Source of the DNA: Octopus vulgaris
Lineage: Eukaryota
Assembly (NCBI GenBank): GCA_951406725.2
Contig: OX597815.1
Coordinates: forward strand, 49,414,001 to 49,478,000
Direction: 5' to 3'
DNA: 64,000 nt
The notes under the pieces were generated by a model. The model worked only from the letters and a program-made list of their open reading frames with translations, ran no database searches and was not told the origin of the DNA. Position 1 is the stretch's first letter. The number at the start of each line of letters is the position of its first letter. The position numbers and the translations under genes are program-made. Shown in pieces: positions 13,543-28,200 of this stretch.

Positions 13543-13984
13543 CCCTTTAACATCCAGATTATCCTCTCGAATGTAATGCTTATTTCTTCACATTATTTTG
13601 TATTAACCGTTATTGGTTAGCTGGCAAAATCATTAGCATGCCAGGCATAATGCTTAGTGGCATTTCGTCCATCCTTATGTTCTGAGTTCAAATGGCATCA
13701 GAGTTGACTTTGCCTCTCATCCTTTTGGAGTTGATAAATTAAGTACCAGTAACCCACTGGGGTAGATGTAATCGACTTACTCCTCCCCCCAAATTTCATG
13801 CCTTGTACCTAGAATAGAAAGGATCATTTTGTATTAATCATACATTATTTTGAAATTTCATGATTTGGATGTTTACTTTTAGAATAACATTGAAGAATAA
13901 TTGTAAGAGGCCAGATCTGGTCAGTTTGACCATAAAACAGATAGACTATTTTGATTGGATATGGCAGGTTTACTTGCTAAAGGG
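13543..13984. mobile_element. piggyBac-like MITE with nested SINE B (13613-13825)
   Basis: ttaa|ccctttaaca ... tgctaaaggg|ttaa. Confidence 0.85.
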
Positions 13985-14139
13985 TTAACTGACTTTTCTC
14001 TTCTGCTAAATTTCTAACCTAATACCTTTCCAGTTAAAAATGATTATTAATCTGGTGTTTTGGAACTTAAAAAGTAATTCTTATATAAAGCCAAAAACTA
14101 AGACAAATGACGTTTAAGGAATTTAAATTCTTATATCTA

Positions 14140-14575
14140 TTATCTTTTACTTGTTTCAGTCATTGGACTGCCTTCAAGGGGTATATGTGAAAAACAACAA
14201 TCCTAGCATTTATTTCTAAGTCTGGTGCTTATTTTGTCAGTCTCTTTTGCCAAACTGTTAAGTTACAAGAATGTGAACAATCCAGTACCAGTTGTCAAAG
14301 TGATAAGACAAACACTAAGATGCACATGCACAAAGAAACACTCATATATACACACACCCGCACACATACACACAAGCAAAAATACACACACGCATACATA
14401 TGTACGTGTGTATATATATATATATATATATGTGCAATGGACTTCCATACAGTTTCCATCTGCCGTATTCACTAACATAGGTCAGTTTGGGGTTAATGTA
14501 GAAGGCACTTGCCCAAGGTGCCATGCAGTGGGACTGAACTCAATATCACATGGTTGCAAAGCAAGCCATGCCTGC
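14140..14575 (-). mobile_element. SINE family A, diverged
   Basis: cttttacttgtttcagtcattggactg ... cacttgcccaaggtgccatgcagtgggactgaac. Confidence 0.8.
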
Positions 14576-16276
14576 AATTTAACTCCTCATAGTTTTGTAT
14601 CTTAGAACCAGAAGCGGTCTGAGAAAGGTTGACATACCATATATATTAGTAGATAGATCACACAAAATTTTTATTAAAAATTTCAATAAAAATCAGGGGT
14701 CTGACCAATCCACTAACCATCATAGGGATCTGAAGTAGACAGTGGCATATCAGTGGTCCAAGTATGTACCCTGGACTCAAGCATACACTGGGCCTGGGCT
14801 TTTGAGTTTCTAAATTGTTATGGAAGTATTTTTGTGATGTCTGTTTACTAGAAAGTGGAAACCAGAAGTTTGCATATCGATCTTTTTGACAATATCAATT
14901 CACCCTGAATTTTAGTTTTAAAATTTTAATAATTGCAAACCTTAATCCTGAATAAGAGAAAGAGTTATGAAGAGAGACTGGTGTTCTAGAAAAAGTGGTA
15001 AGAGAATGGAGGAAGCTTAAAGAAATGCCAAATTCAAAGAGAACAGCAAGGCTTGCAGAACCTCGATTTTAATATTTGTAAGCAAATGTTTTAATATCTG
15101 TAAGCAAAGTTTTGAAATAAAAGTGAACATCTACTATAATAATACTCTTGTGTTCTTCTCTGTTACAACATATAAAAGAGAATGTAAGGGATTATAGATG
15201 AATAAGGAAGGGGTGAGGGCAAACTGGTGGGATGGTGAACATTCACTGCTGAAACAAAAAATCAAACAGCATTTCAACTCTGTGTGTGTATGTACAAGGG
15301 AAGTATGTGAATGTATGTGAACACTGACAAGTGTATTAATTTGATTTATCATCCATATTGATATATAAAATAATACAATTAACTGTCATTTTTGATGGCA
15401 TGGGGCCAGCTAGTTTGATAACATTTAACAAATATTAGTTATATTTACGTTAAAAATGACCAATTAACACCCCAGATTATTGTGTGACCTCTCTGCAAGT
15501 CAACTGCAAATACCTACTTTGACAACCCCAAACTAAGGGTGTGACCTATCAACTTGTGTGACCTATCAGCAAGTGTACATGGTATTACTTGTAAGTATTG
15601 CCTTGATTCTAACTTCTGAAATTATAATAGATTAAAAAATTTTTTTTTAATGTCTCACTCTTTTTTTCTGTCTTAAACCAGCTGAAGACTTATGGTGGAA
15701 ACCATTCTACCATGACTATTTATCTTATTTTCAGATATAGCACATTTAAATCAACATTATTCTACTACATCACCTTCTTTTAAAATATTAGGATCAGCTA
15801 TGAAGTAGAATTTTGTTGATGTTTCTAGCAGATAAAATGACCACATTGGGGTTCCCTCATTGAAGCTACAGACAAATATTAAAGATCTGCCTAGTTGGTT
15901 AGATCAAAAAATACATTTTCTGCAGAGAAGATAAATATTCTTAAACCAATATTAAGCAGCTTTTGCGAAAAATTTCATTAATAAAAATTTTCATAAACAC
16001 TCTTAAATCAGCTTAAATCAACATTTCTGGCCATCAGAAATACACACACACGCACACACACACATATATGTACATATATACATATACCTATATATATACA
16101 TATACATATGTATATACATATAGATATACATATATATATATACATATATATACACATACATATACACATATATATACATAAATATACATATATATACATA
16201 GATATACATATATACATATACATGCATATATATATATATACACACATATATATACATATATATATACATGCATACT

Positions 16277-16352
<76 letters not shown>

Positions 16353-16717
16353 TACATATATGTATACACTACTCAGGAATATGTATGTATCATAGTCACC
16401 GGCAATGTTTTGAAGTTGTCAGTGAAAGATGATATATAACATTTTTATATTTTGGGTTGCTATAAAAAAATTGTTATTGAAATTCTTGATGACTCAAACT
16501 GAATATTGGTTATATATTTAATATTTATTAGCAATGTGGTGTATGTATTTTGGGTTTAAACTCCCATGTCCGCAATCTGGCCATCATAAAATATCAAGTT
16601 TAGCGTTAATATTCTTAACTCATTATATCAGTACTTACAGAGAAAACTAATGAAGAAGAAACTAACAGGGACACATCATCAGAGTCTCTGCATCTGCTAG
16701 AAGTACTACCAGAATGT

Positions 16718-17045
16718 ATGGTTGTTTGGTTAAGGAGCTTGCTTAGCAACCATGTAGTTTTAAGTTCAATCCTACTGTACAACATCTTAGACAAGTGTTG
16801 GTGTGTTCTATTGTCCAAGGCTGACCAATGCCTCATGAGTAGATTTGGTAGATGGAAACTATGTGGAAGCCCATCATGTTGTTGGTTTGTTTGCATCCCC
16901 ATACCTTAGTGGTTTAGTAAAATAGACCAATAGAATAGGTACCAGACTTTAAAATTGTTATACTGAAATCGATTTGTATGCCTAAACTGTTCAAGACAGT
17001 GCTCCAGCATGGCCACAGTCCAATGACTGAAACTAGTAAAGACTG
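16718..17045 (+). mobile_element. SINE family A, diverged
   Basis: Head to tail motifs present. Confidence 0.8.
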
Positions 17046-17834
17046 AAAGGAATCATAAACTAACATCTTAAAACAAGGATAGTTTGGATGGTGCAGTCCT
17101 AGATAAATGAAGTGAGATGGTCATGTCTGGAATGCTTTTGACTATAGATCAATTTGATCAAAATTGACCTGGGGCTAAATAATAATAATAATAATAAAGG
17201 AGAACTTGAAGAATTCAAAACAATAATAAGAGTTTGATTTTGTTTATGTCGTTCAAATTTTTATGACAAGGTTGTGTATTTATTCTAACAAGGACAGTTT
17301 AAGGTCTGGTGGAATTATGAAGTGCAACCACATTATTTTAATCTAAGAATTATTCAGAACCACAACACTTAGAATTGCTGATTGTTTTCAGCAACATTGG
17401 CTCAAGCCCAAAATTAGTGAATTAGATATTTTAAAATCATGGAAACAACTATATTATAAATTTAATCAACATTAAAATGTATCTCAAAAGCTAATATTTG
17501 AATATGACAAATTTATTGAGTGATGGCCTACAGACCACAAATATTACTCCAGTTATTGAGTTATGCATCTGAGCAAGGTACTGGACACAGTTTGCTTCAG
17601 TTTATTAGCTAAAAAGGAAAATGGTTGGAAAAGGTTCTAATTCTACTTCACAGCTGAGCAGTTAATGATAAGTGGCATAAAAAATGTCCAACTCATGCTT
17701 TAATTCTTTAACATTTATACTGGCCGTATCTAGCTCAAATATTCTACATGTTTTATGTTCAAACTGGTCAGTTCTGGCCCCTCACAGGTATCCTATGATG
17801 TTGTTCAAAATATAAACAATTATCTCCATCAATG

Positions 17835-18130
17835 TCTTTCACCAAACTGCTTCATTATGGGGATATAAAAACACCGACACTGGTTGTCAAGCAGTGATGG
17901 GGACAAACACAGACTCAAAGACACACACACACACAAACATATATATATATATATGTATACGATGGGCTTCTTTCAGTTTCCTTCTACCAAGACCATTCAT
18001 AAGGCTTTGGTCAGATCGAGGCTATAGTAAAAGACCCATGCTCTAGGTGCCATGAAGTGGGATTGAACCTGGAACCATCTGATTGGGAAGCAAACTTCTT
18101 ACCACACAGCCAACCACACCTATGCCTATA
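17835..18130 (-). mobile_element. SINE family A, partial
   Basis: gggcttctttcagtttcc ... cttcttaccacacagcca. Confidence 0.8.
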
Positions 18131-18704
18131 TGTGGAATCTACTAAATTGCAAAATTTTACTCACTAGCCATTAGTAAACCTCCAGCTATCATTATCACCA
18201 TCATCATTTAATCTTCGTTTTCCATGCTGGCATGGGTTGGACAGTTTGACAGGAACTGTCCAGACTCCAAATTGTCTGTGTTGGCTTGGCTTCTATGGCT
18301 GGATGCCCTTCCTAACAGCAACAACATTACAGAATGTGGTATAGCAAAATATACCAGCTAACACTGTCAGCACTGTGGGAAGGAACTTCCATACAATTCC
18401 AACATAAACTTCTTAAGCATATGGCCACACCTATACTTATAAAGTGCCATTCCTTAACTCTTATTTGCAATGGAATCTCTGAATGTCAGGAAACACTACA
18501 TCATAATATAAATAAATTATAACATAGCTTCAAAGTGCTTACATATTTTGGAAATGACACGTTACCGTTCTTACTGTCATACTGAAAGAACTACTTTTGA
18601 TATCAAAATGATGATATCACATCTCTGCCCATGGAATTTACATAATTATAACAATTTTTCAAAAACTCCCTATCTCACTTTAATAAAAAATTATCATCAC
18701 AATC

Positions 18705-18780
18705 ACCAATATTATTATTATTTTCATTATTATTATCATTATTATTGTTGTTGTTTTGGTTGTTGTTATTATTATTATTA

Positions 18781-18838
<58 letters not shown>

Positions 18839-18905
18839 CATTATTATTATCATCATCATTATTATTATTATTATTATTATTGTTATTATTATTATTATTA
18901 TTATT
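18705..18905. repeat. (TTA)n microsatellite
   Basis: Direct reading. Confidence 0.95.
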
Positions 18906-19169
18906 TCTATTTAATGTTAACAAAATAACAATATTCAATTCTTTTTTGGAATTATCAAGCTGGAATACCTCCAGCATTTCTTCCACTTAACAGGTTATTC
19001 ATAGAATTAGTTGAAGAATTTTTTTTCTTTGCCATAATTTTCAATAGTTTTATTATTTATTTTCAATTCTGAAATTCTGAAAGACAATTTATTGAAAGAA
19101 AATAAAAACAAAAATCCCAACAATAACACCGACAACACATGCATACACATCTATCTTTACATATATAAA

Positions 19170-19213
<44 letters not shown>

Positions 19214-19289
19214 TACATATGTACATATATAGCATATATATATGTATATAAAAATATGTGAATATATATATATACATACACACACATGC

Positions 19290-19330
<41 letters not shown>

Positions 19331-19476
19331 CTTATATGCATACACACACATACATATATACTTTTGCAAAGTTAAATCCAATTAGCAAGGGAGTATTCTA
19401 TGAATATGTGATAAGGTTTCTTACCATGAGCCTTTCAGTGAGACAAAAATAAAATAGAGAGATCTGACAGACAAAC

Positions 19477-19591
<115 letters not shown>

Positions 19592-20316
19592 CAAGTAAAT
19601 AAATTAATAAACCAACTGTGGTGAGAATTACTGAGTGAATGAAAGAAAAAGGAGCAAAAGTAAGGAGGAAAGTGTAGTTATATTTTTATTCATTGCCATA
19701 CAAAGGAAGAATTTAAAGGAAATAAACAACTTTATTTATGTTTGAGTAATTGTTGTTGTTGTTATTGTAGTGGTGGTGGTGGTGATGGTGGGGGGTTAGT
19801 GGCTGCTGAGGTGTTAAATGAGAGACAAGGAGATATGTCAGAGGTGGGGGTGTTGGTGGAAGAGAGGAGGGAGGGGGAACAGTTTGTGTGTTTCTAAACC
19901 TTATGTAACCCCTCTGCCTACATGCTGACAAAAAGGAACTTGCTGAAGACTTGTGGCAATATATTACAGTAAATTAAATCATTGTCTCGAATAGCTACTT
20001 ATTTTCAGATGACACACTATCTTCTAATTGTCATATGGAACCACTTTTGGTATGATTTATTAGGACATGTGTGAATGTGTGTGCATGTGTATGTGTGGGT
20101 GTGCATGCAAGTGTGTGTTTGTGTATGATTATGTATATATATAATCATATATATATGTATACACACATGCATACAAATACATATGCACACATATACTTAC
20201 ATATATATGAATATGTATATATATATACATACATATATATATTTATATACACACATATATATACATATATATACACACACATATATACATATGCATATAT
20301 ATATATGTATATGCAC

Positions 20317-20351
<35 letters not shown>

Positions 20352-20369
20352 AAAAACACAGAAGGCATG

Positions 20370-20660
20370 CTTCGTATGTGGCAGATGCAGTGGAACAATA
20401 CACACAAAGAGCTGACTTGAAATAGACTCTCTTAAATGCCCGACTGGCTCACAAAGTACTCTTTTGTTACCTAGGTGACATAATTAGCTGGGTGGAGGTG
20501 ACTGCTCAGAAAGAATACTAACCAAAATAAGAACAGATTGCAGAAAATTCAGGGATCTTCTACTTCTGCTGGCCATGAAGATCTTTTCCTTCAGAGTGGA
20601 GGGCAGATTGTATGATGTTTGTGTTAGAACTGCAACGTTGCAGAGTAGAGAATGGAGTTT
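20370..20660 (+). mobile_element. RTE-like LINE fragment (end of RT and thumb region)
   Basis: FVCGRCSG..FCYLGDIIS..GG.CSERILTKIRTDCRKFRDLLLLL..FRVEGRLYDVCVRTA, with frameshifts. Confidence 0.8.
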
Positions 20661-21432
20661 AAATGGTAAAAGTTCATTATCATTTCATGTTTGGAATTTA
20701 TCAAATTAGTTGGTCTACTTTAATAATCTCTAGATTCTCACATAGTATTTTATTTTATTTAGAAAACGAAAAATAAGTACAAGGGTAAATTCATTGGTCT
20801 AGAACTTCAACAAGGTAGTGCCCAAGCTTAGCCATTCAATAACTGAAGCAAGTAAGATTTTAGAATGGTCAAATACTTTCTGTTTCCTCCTGATATAAAG
20901 AAAAAAACAAATTCTGGAAGATGTGCAATGTAAGAGCACATCTTTGATGCAAGTCTAATGAATTAGTATGCTAATATCTCAAGCTGCAGATATTAGATAA
21001 ATGTTCTCTTTTGCGTTCATTGGCATTGAAATCAGAGTTGGTATGGGAACAATTGTAACTGATTATTAAAGTATTTCTTTATATTTTACTCTTCGCTAAA
21101 TACAAACAACAGCTTTTCCATCATGAAACCAGGATTTTCTAAACCTGAAGTATTTTCAGTATTAGTCTAGAATCCAACAGGAGTGAGTGGACAAAGAAAA
21201 GAAGGGCACTCAACACATATATTGAGAGTTACATGTATGGCTCAAAACAGTTTGATTCACATTCTTTGGTACTCCGAGTTTGAAGTGTAAAGCTAATCCT
21301 CAACCATGAAACTCGAAGTACCAATGTACCAACATACCAACAGACTTGAATCAAAGTGTTTTGATATATATACATATATATATATATATACACACACACA
21401 TATACATATATATATATACATATATATATATA

Positions 21433-21833
21433 CTCTTTTACTCTTTTATTTGTTTCAGTCATTTGACTGCGGCCATGCTGGAGCACCGCCTTTTTAGTCG
21501 AGCAAATCGACCCCGGGACTTATTCTTTGTAAGCCCAGTACTTTTTATCGTTATCTTTTGCCGAACCGCTAAGTGACAGGGACGTAAACACACCAGCATC
21601 GGTTGTCAAGCAATGCTAGGGAGACAAACACAGACACACAAACACACACACACACATATATATATATATACGACAGGCTTCTTTCAGTTTCTGTCTACCA
21701 AATCCACTCACAAGGCATTGGTCGGCCCGGGGCTATAGCAGAAGACACTTGCCCAAGATGCCACGCAGTGGGACGGAACCCGGAACCATGTGGTTGGTTA
21801 GCAAGCTACTTACCACACAGCCACTCCTGCGCC
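21433..21833 (-). mobile_element. SINE family A, full length, young (CpG-rich)
   Basis: Complete from ggcgcaggagtggctgtgtggtaag to aaaagagtaaaagag; sits within (TA)n. Confidence 0.92.
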
Positions 21834-21834
21834 G

Positions 21835-21870
<36 letters not shown>

Positions 21871-21917
21871 ATACACACAATACATACATATATATATACA
21901 TACATATATATATATAT

Positions 21918-21958
<41 letters not shown>

Positions 21959-22203
21959 AGTCACCATATATGGATTCAAGTGATCTGATAGTGTTCATAA
22001 AAAAGTTCCTAAATGTTATATTGTACAGACCATATAAAATACATAGTAAGGGAAAAGGATAAGGCTTTTATTCACCTGATGATGTAGCTCAAATTCTGCA
22101 TTATTTTGAACAATTTGTTTTGCATTTTGCATTAATGCAGACATGTAAGTAATTACTATATACATATATATATATACATACATATACATACATATATATA
22201 TAT

Positions 22204-22394
<191 letters not shown>

Positions 22395-22794
22395 TATATA
22401 TATATATATATATACATGTATAAATACATATATGCAATCGACAGATTTACAATTATTCCAACACATCTTCATGTTCATTTTCAAAATATTATATATCTAA
22501 TTTTATATCCCTTTAAAAAATAAGCAATGCAATTAAGCAAAAATAAAAATTATACTTTGTAATATTAAGAATTAAAATTTGAATTATGCATTATAAATAA
22601 TAATTAGTATATATATCAATCATGTAATATCAAGTATATGTCAAATACAGAATGTGGGATATAAGATTATACATCAGAATAAAAATGTCTGTGTTTAAAT
22701 GTGACATGTAACAAGAAAAATTCAAATACATATCTTCCTTTTTTTGCTGGTACTAAAATGGTGATTGTTTTCCCAAATTATATATATAAATAAA

Positions 22795-23355
<561 letters not shown>

Positions 23356-23680
23356 AAAATATAGAATTTAATTAAATTAGAACAGAGGGACACATTAGTA
23401 TAATTATGCCTAAAATCTCCAAGAAGTTAAGGAGATAGACAAAGGAAATGCTGTTCCTACTCCAAATCTCTCACATGTTTCAGTCACTGGATTATGGCTA
23501 TGCTAGAACACCACCTTGTTAAAGTTTTAGTCAGATGAACTTACCCTGGTGATTATTTTTTCCTCGATTTTAAGCCTTATACTTACTCTATCGATCTCTT
23601 GCTGAACCACTAAGTCACCGGGACAAAAAACATACTAACATTGTAAACACATATATAAACACATGTGTACATATACATAT

Positions 23681-23736
<56 letters not shown>

Positions 23737-25361
23737 CATACATTTGGGTACACTAAGAAGAAACAGAGTATGGGATGGGTGAAGGAACTCTTAGAATATA
23801 TTATAACACAATTTTCTAGTTTGATCTGCTACCTATGACAATAGAGAAATCCCATGCACAAAGATTTCACTCTATGAATTTTTCCATAGCTGATGAGAAT
23901 TTGGATGAAGTCAAGGCAGGCTAAGGTGAGTTGGAATCCAGGAATGAAATTTACTGAACTGCAAGCGGGTGAGTGGTGTTGATGGGGAAATGAATGATAA
24001 TGAAACTGATAGCAAGGAGATGAAGTGATGTTGGTGGTAGGAGCATGGTTCCAGAAGAGGACAAGGAGAAGGAAGGGGTAGAGATAGTGGTGGCTGTGCT
24101 GGGAATATTTATCAAAGATGAAACACTGTAACCCTTGCCTGGATTGTTTAACCAAATTACCAAATCTGTGATAACTGCTATGAATGTCTTATAATTAGTG
24201 GGCGGGAGTGAGTTACAGTAGGAGTGAAAGGTTGGGGAGAAACAAAAAACAAAGGGAAGAGAAGAGAAGAGTAGAGAACAGAATAAAGAAAGAAAGAAAG
24301 AAAGAGGGCGAGAGCAAAGAATGATATACGTATGCATCTATCTATCTCTTTTATTCATGCTCTCTCCTTCTCACTCTCTCTCTCTCTCTATCTATATATA
24401 TATATATATAAATATAAATGTGTGTATATATATATATAGGGAGAGAGTGAGAGAGAGAGAGAGAGAGTGAGAGAGAGAGAGGAGCAGGGGAGTGAATGAG
24501 AGATAGGATGAGAGAAATGGTGAGGAGGAGTAATAATTAAGGAAGGAAATACGAGCAGAGGAGGTGGAAAGGAAAAAGAATACTTCTTTAAGGAAGAGCA
24601 AAGAATACAAATGTAAGGGAGGCTGATAATATAAGGGCGATAAAGAATGAGAAAATGAGAGAGTTTGGTAATAAATTGAAGGAGGGAAAGGAAGCAAAGA
24701 GGAAGAAATATAGACACAAAGGTTTTGTATAAGGGACTGAAAAGGTGGGGGTGATGAAGACAGACAGATAAAGAAGAAAAGAAGAGAAAGGAACAGTTAG
24801 GAGTGAGCAAGAGAAGAGAAACAGAGAGGACTATAGACAAAAAGATTTAAAATAAGAAGCTGGGAAGGTGAAGAAAGGAAGATGGAGATACTCAAAGGAA
24901 AGAAAGCAAAAAAAGAAAAGAAAGAAAGATAAAGTAAAAAGTAAAAAAAAAAGAGAGAGAGGAGAAAGAAGAGAAAACAGGGTGAACATTGCTATTATTC
25001 TCTAGAAATAAAGTTTGATAAAGAGGAATCCCAAGAGGCTTGTTTTGGTCCAACATCCCAAAGGACAGAACCCACAAGGTTATCTTTTATGCTGTATTTA
25101 TACTTTAAACTTTGAACTGCTCCTGCTCTGATGATAACAGATTATCTATGTTCAATGCAAGAATATCTGTCTTCTGTTTAGGCTGGGGTTATTCATCAAA
25201 GACACAGATGAAAATTCTTTTAGGCAAAAACTGCTCCTTTGTACTTCTCATTATTGGCACTTCTAGTCATTTATTTCAGAACAACATTTGGAGAATAATT
25301 TCTTAATGTCTCTTTAAGACCAATCTTTGCTTCTTTTGTTTTTATCCATTTGCCATGAAGA

Positions 25362-25432
<71 letters not shown>

Positions 25433-25433
25433 A

Positions 25434-25464
<31 letters not shown>

Positions 25465-25527
25465 ATTATATCTATCTATATATCTATCCATCTATCTGCC
25501 TACTTATCAACCTACCTATTTAACAAT

Positions 25528-25603
<76 letters not shown>

Positions 25604-25620
25604 AAGAATATATTTGTGTG

Positions 25621-25704
<84 letters not shown>

Positions 25705-26055
25705 ATCTATTTATCTATCTATATTATATGTATAGATGTATTTTTGTTGTCTGAGCATTTATATATGTGTCTTTCTCTCTATCTACCTACCTAACTGTCT
25801 GTATGTCTATATACATAACTATTCATCTATCTATCTGTCTGCCTGCTTGTCCATCTATCCATCCATCCATCCATCCATCTATTTATTCATCCTTTTATCT
25901 ATTTATCTACTTATCTTTTCTCTATTTATATTTTACTTGTTTTATATATCTATGTAAGTGTATATCTAAATATATATATATATATATATATATTCATTAT
26001 ATGTGTGTGTATGTGTGTGTGCATGTGTGTATGTATGCATATATATCTATGTATG

Positions 26056-26100
<45 letters not shown>

Positions 26101-26169
26101 ACATCTGTCCTTCCATCCGTCTGTCTGTCTATCTATCTCCTATCTATTATGAAATTCCTCAACTGTGAT

Positions 26170-26680
26170 AGCCCACCAGTAACTATCATAGAATCATAAG
26201 TCTTCAGTAGATCTGGCTTTATGAATCCCATCCTGGCACCACAAAGAGATCCAAAGTGCTGAAGAAGATAGTTGTTAATGTTTGTCTCTTTTACCTTTGA
26301 CATGATGGATGTACATGCAACAGGGCAATAGTTGCCAGGCTCAGAGGAGCAGTAGTGTAGCAAGAATGTGTACCACCGAGAGCATTTCTAGACTTTGCTC
26401 CCACTCCTGCTCCTCTCTGCTCTCTGTATTGGCTTATACAGCTGACCCAAAAGTGATGCTCTATTTAAACGCTGTCTGGGGTGAACTGACCCCACTAGCT
26501 ATGCAACTGCAGAGGTGTAGCATATCTTGGGAAAGGCACACGTATTTCCAAATGTTAGGATATATTCCTGTAGAAAGAGAGAGGCGCTGAAGAATTTGGT
26601 AAATATAGAAACTGGTCTCCATTGTTAGAGAGAATAAAAGGGAGATTTTAAGAATGGGGTCCTTGTTTGTTTCAAGCAAT
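26170..26680 (-). mobile_element. CR1/Jockey-group LINE RT fragment
   Basis: LSLSTGIYPNIWKYV and SEPGNYCPVACTSIMSKVKETNINNYLLQH match the WK..NYRPI.LTS..SKVME motifs at the start of RT. Confidence 0.75.
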
Positions 26681-26921
26681 TACAGAATATATATGTTGCA
26701 TATAGATGACCTTGCTAAAGTGGAAAAAGCTTGGTTTGGGAAGAATTACAATCACTCATTAGCAAATGTATATATTCATGTATGTTTGTGGTTGAGCATA
26801 TATATGTGTATGTCTAGGTGAGAATATATCATCATCGTCATCATTTTCTAAGACAGATGCTCTTCCTGTTGCCAATCATTCTGTTTCCAAGCAAGATAAC
26901 ATGTCCTCATGGCAAGGCAAT

Positions 26922-27125
26922 GAGTTGGTAGAATAAATAGCATGTCAGGCAAAATGCTTAGTGCCATTTCATCTGTCCTTACATTCTGAGTTCAAATTCC
27001 ACTGTGGTTGACTTTACCTTTCATCCTTACACGCTTGATAAATTAAGTACCAGGTGAACACTGTGGCCAATTTAATTGAGTCGACTCTTTCCCCAAAGTT
27101 GCTGGTCTTGTGTCAAAATTCAAAA
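26922..27125 (+). mobile_element. SINE family B
   Basis: gagttggtagaa..aaatgcttag..ttctgagttcaaattcc..gataaattaagtaccag. Confidence 0.85.
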
Positions 27126-27239
27126 TACATATTTCCCCATGGCTGGACATGTTTTCATAGAAGATTAAAGACGAAGGACACCACTTGTATGACAGTGAGA
27201 CTTGCTTACAGCTACCAAATGTTAAGACAAGTAAACACG

Positions 27240-27333
<94 letters not shown>

Positions 27334-27492
27334 CACGCACACACACACATTTACACACATATATTTGATGAGCTTCTTTCAGTTCCCATTGACCAAATAT
27401 ACTCACATTTCTTTGGCTGGTCTGAATAAGATACCTGCCCAAGGTGGCCCATGGTTGGACTGAAACCAAATATGTATATACACACACACATA

Positions 27493-27706
27493 CAAGGGGG
27501 TGCTGAAAAGTTTCTGGCTTTGGGTAAAAGGAAATGCAGGAGGATCAGTTAATTATGATTTTATTCAACATATTTCCCTCTCAGATTCACTCCTATTGCA
27601 TAGATCCTTCAGTTTTTCTAAGCCTTGTAAAAAAACTAAGAAGGTCGGGCCACCAGCTAGGCCTTTCATGATGCCCTTAACGACAGGAATTTTTCAGCAC
27701 TACTCA
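27493..27706. mobile_element. mariner-derived MITE
   Basis: TIRs gggggtgctgaaaagtttctgg / caggaatttttcagcactactc, TA flanks; a lone matching TIR at 45538-45570. Confidence 0.75.
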
Positions 27707-27779
27707 TATATCACAGTTTCCACCAGACCATTAAATGCTTGTTATACACCACTGGTTACAATGCACTTTCTGTTCTGTC

Positions 27780-28042
27780 TTGATTGTACCACTCTTATCC
27801 ATCTTGACACAAATTGCTTGACTAAATCATCTTCCTGTCATTGTGAAGATTCTCCTTGTGAACTTTTCCAATCTTTTGGATACTAAACAGCAGCTGCATG
27901 GATCCACATGTTGTCTGCAAACCTTATGACATGTCCCATCCAGCGAAATTTGTACTTTTGGTACTCTTAAATGGCATCTTTCATTCTGCTCCTTCCTTGA
28001 ATTATCTCATTTCAAATGTTATCTCATTTTAAAATCCAAAGC
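27780..28042 (-). mobile_element. RTE-like LINE C-terminal fragment
   Basis: KYKFRWMGHVIRFADNMWIH..YPKDWK matches the RWAGHV.R..D.RW motif. Confidence 0.75.
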
Positions 28043-28139
28043 AATATATATGTATGGGTATATATATATATACACACATAGCATTTTGGCTTTTAAATGA
28101 GATCACTTTTGAAATGAGATAATTCAAGAATGGAGCAGA

Positions 28140-28189
<50 letters not shown>

Positions 28190-28200
28190 ATATATATATA

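Noticed and set aside
21770-21833. tRNA gene
   Set aside because: It is the tRNA-derived head of SINE A, without a complete cloverleaf
23829-24180. Possible LINE endonuclease remnant on the minus strand
   Set aside because: No diagnostic motif could be read with confidence
25120-25200. ctgatga followed by a hairpin as a hammerhead
   Set aside because: No GAAA closes the stem
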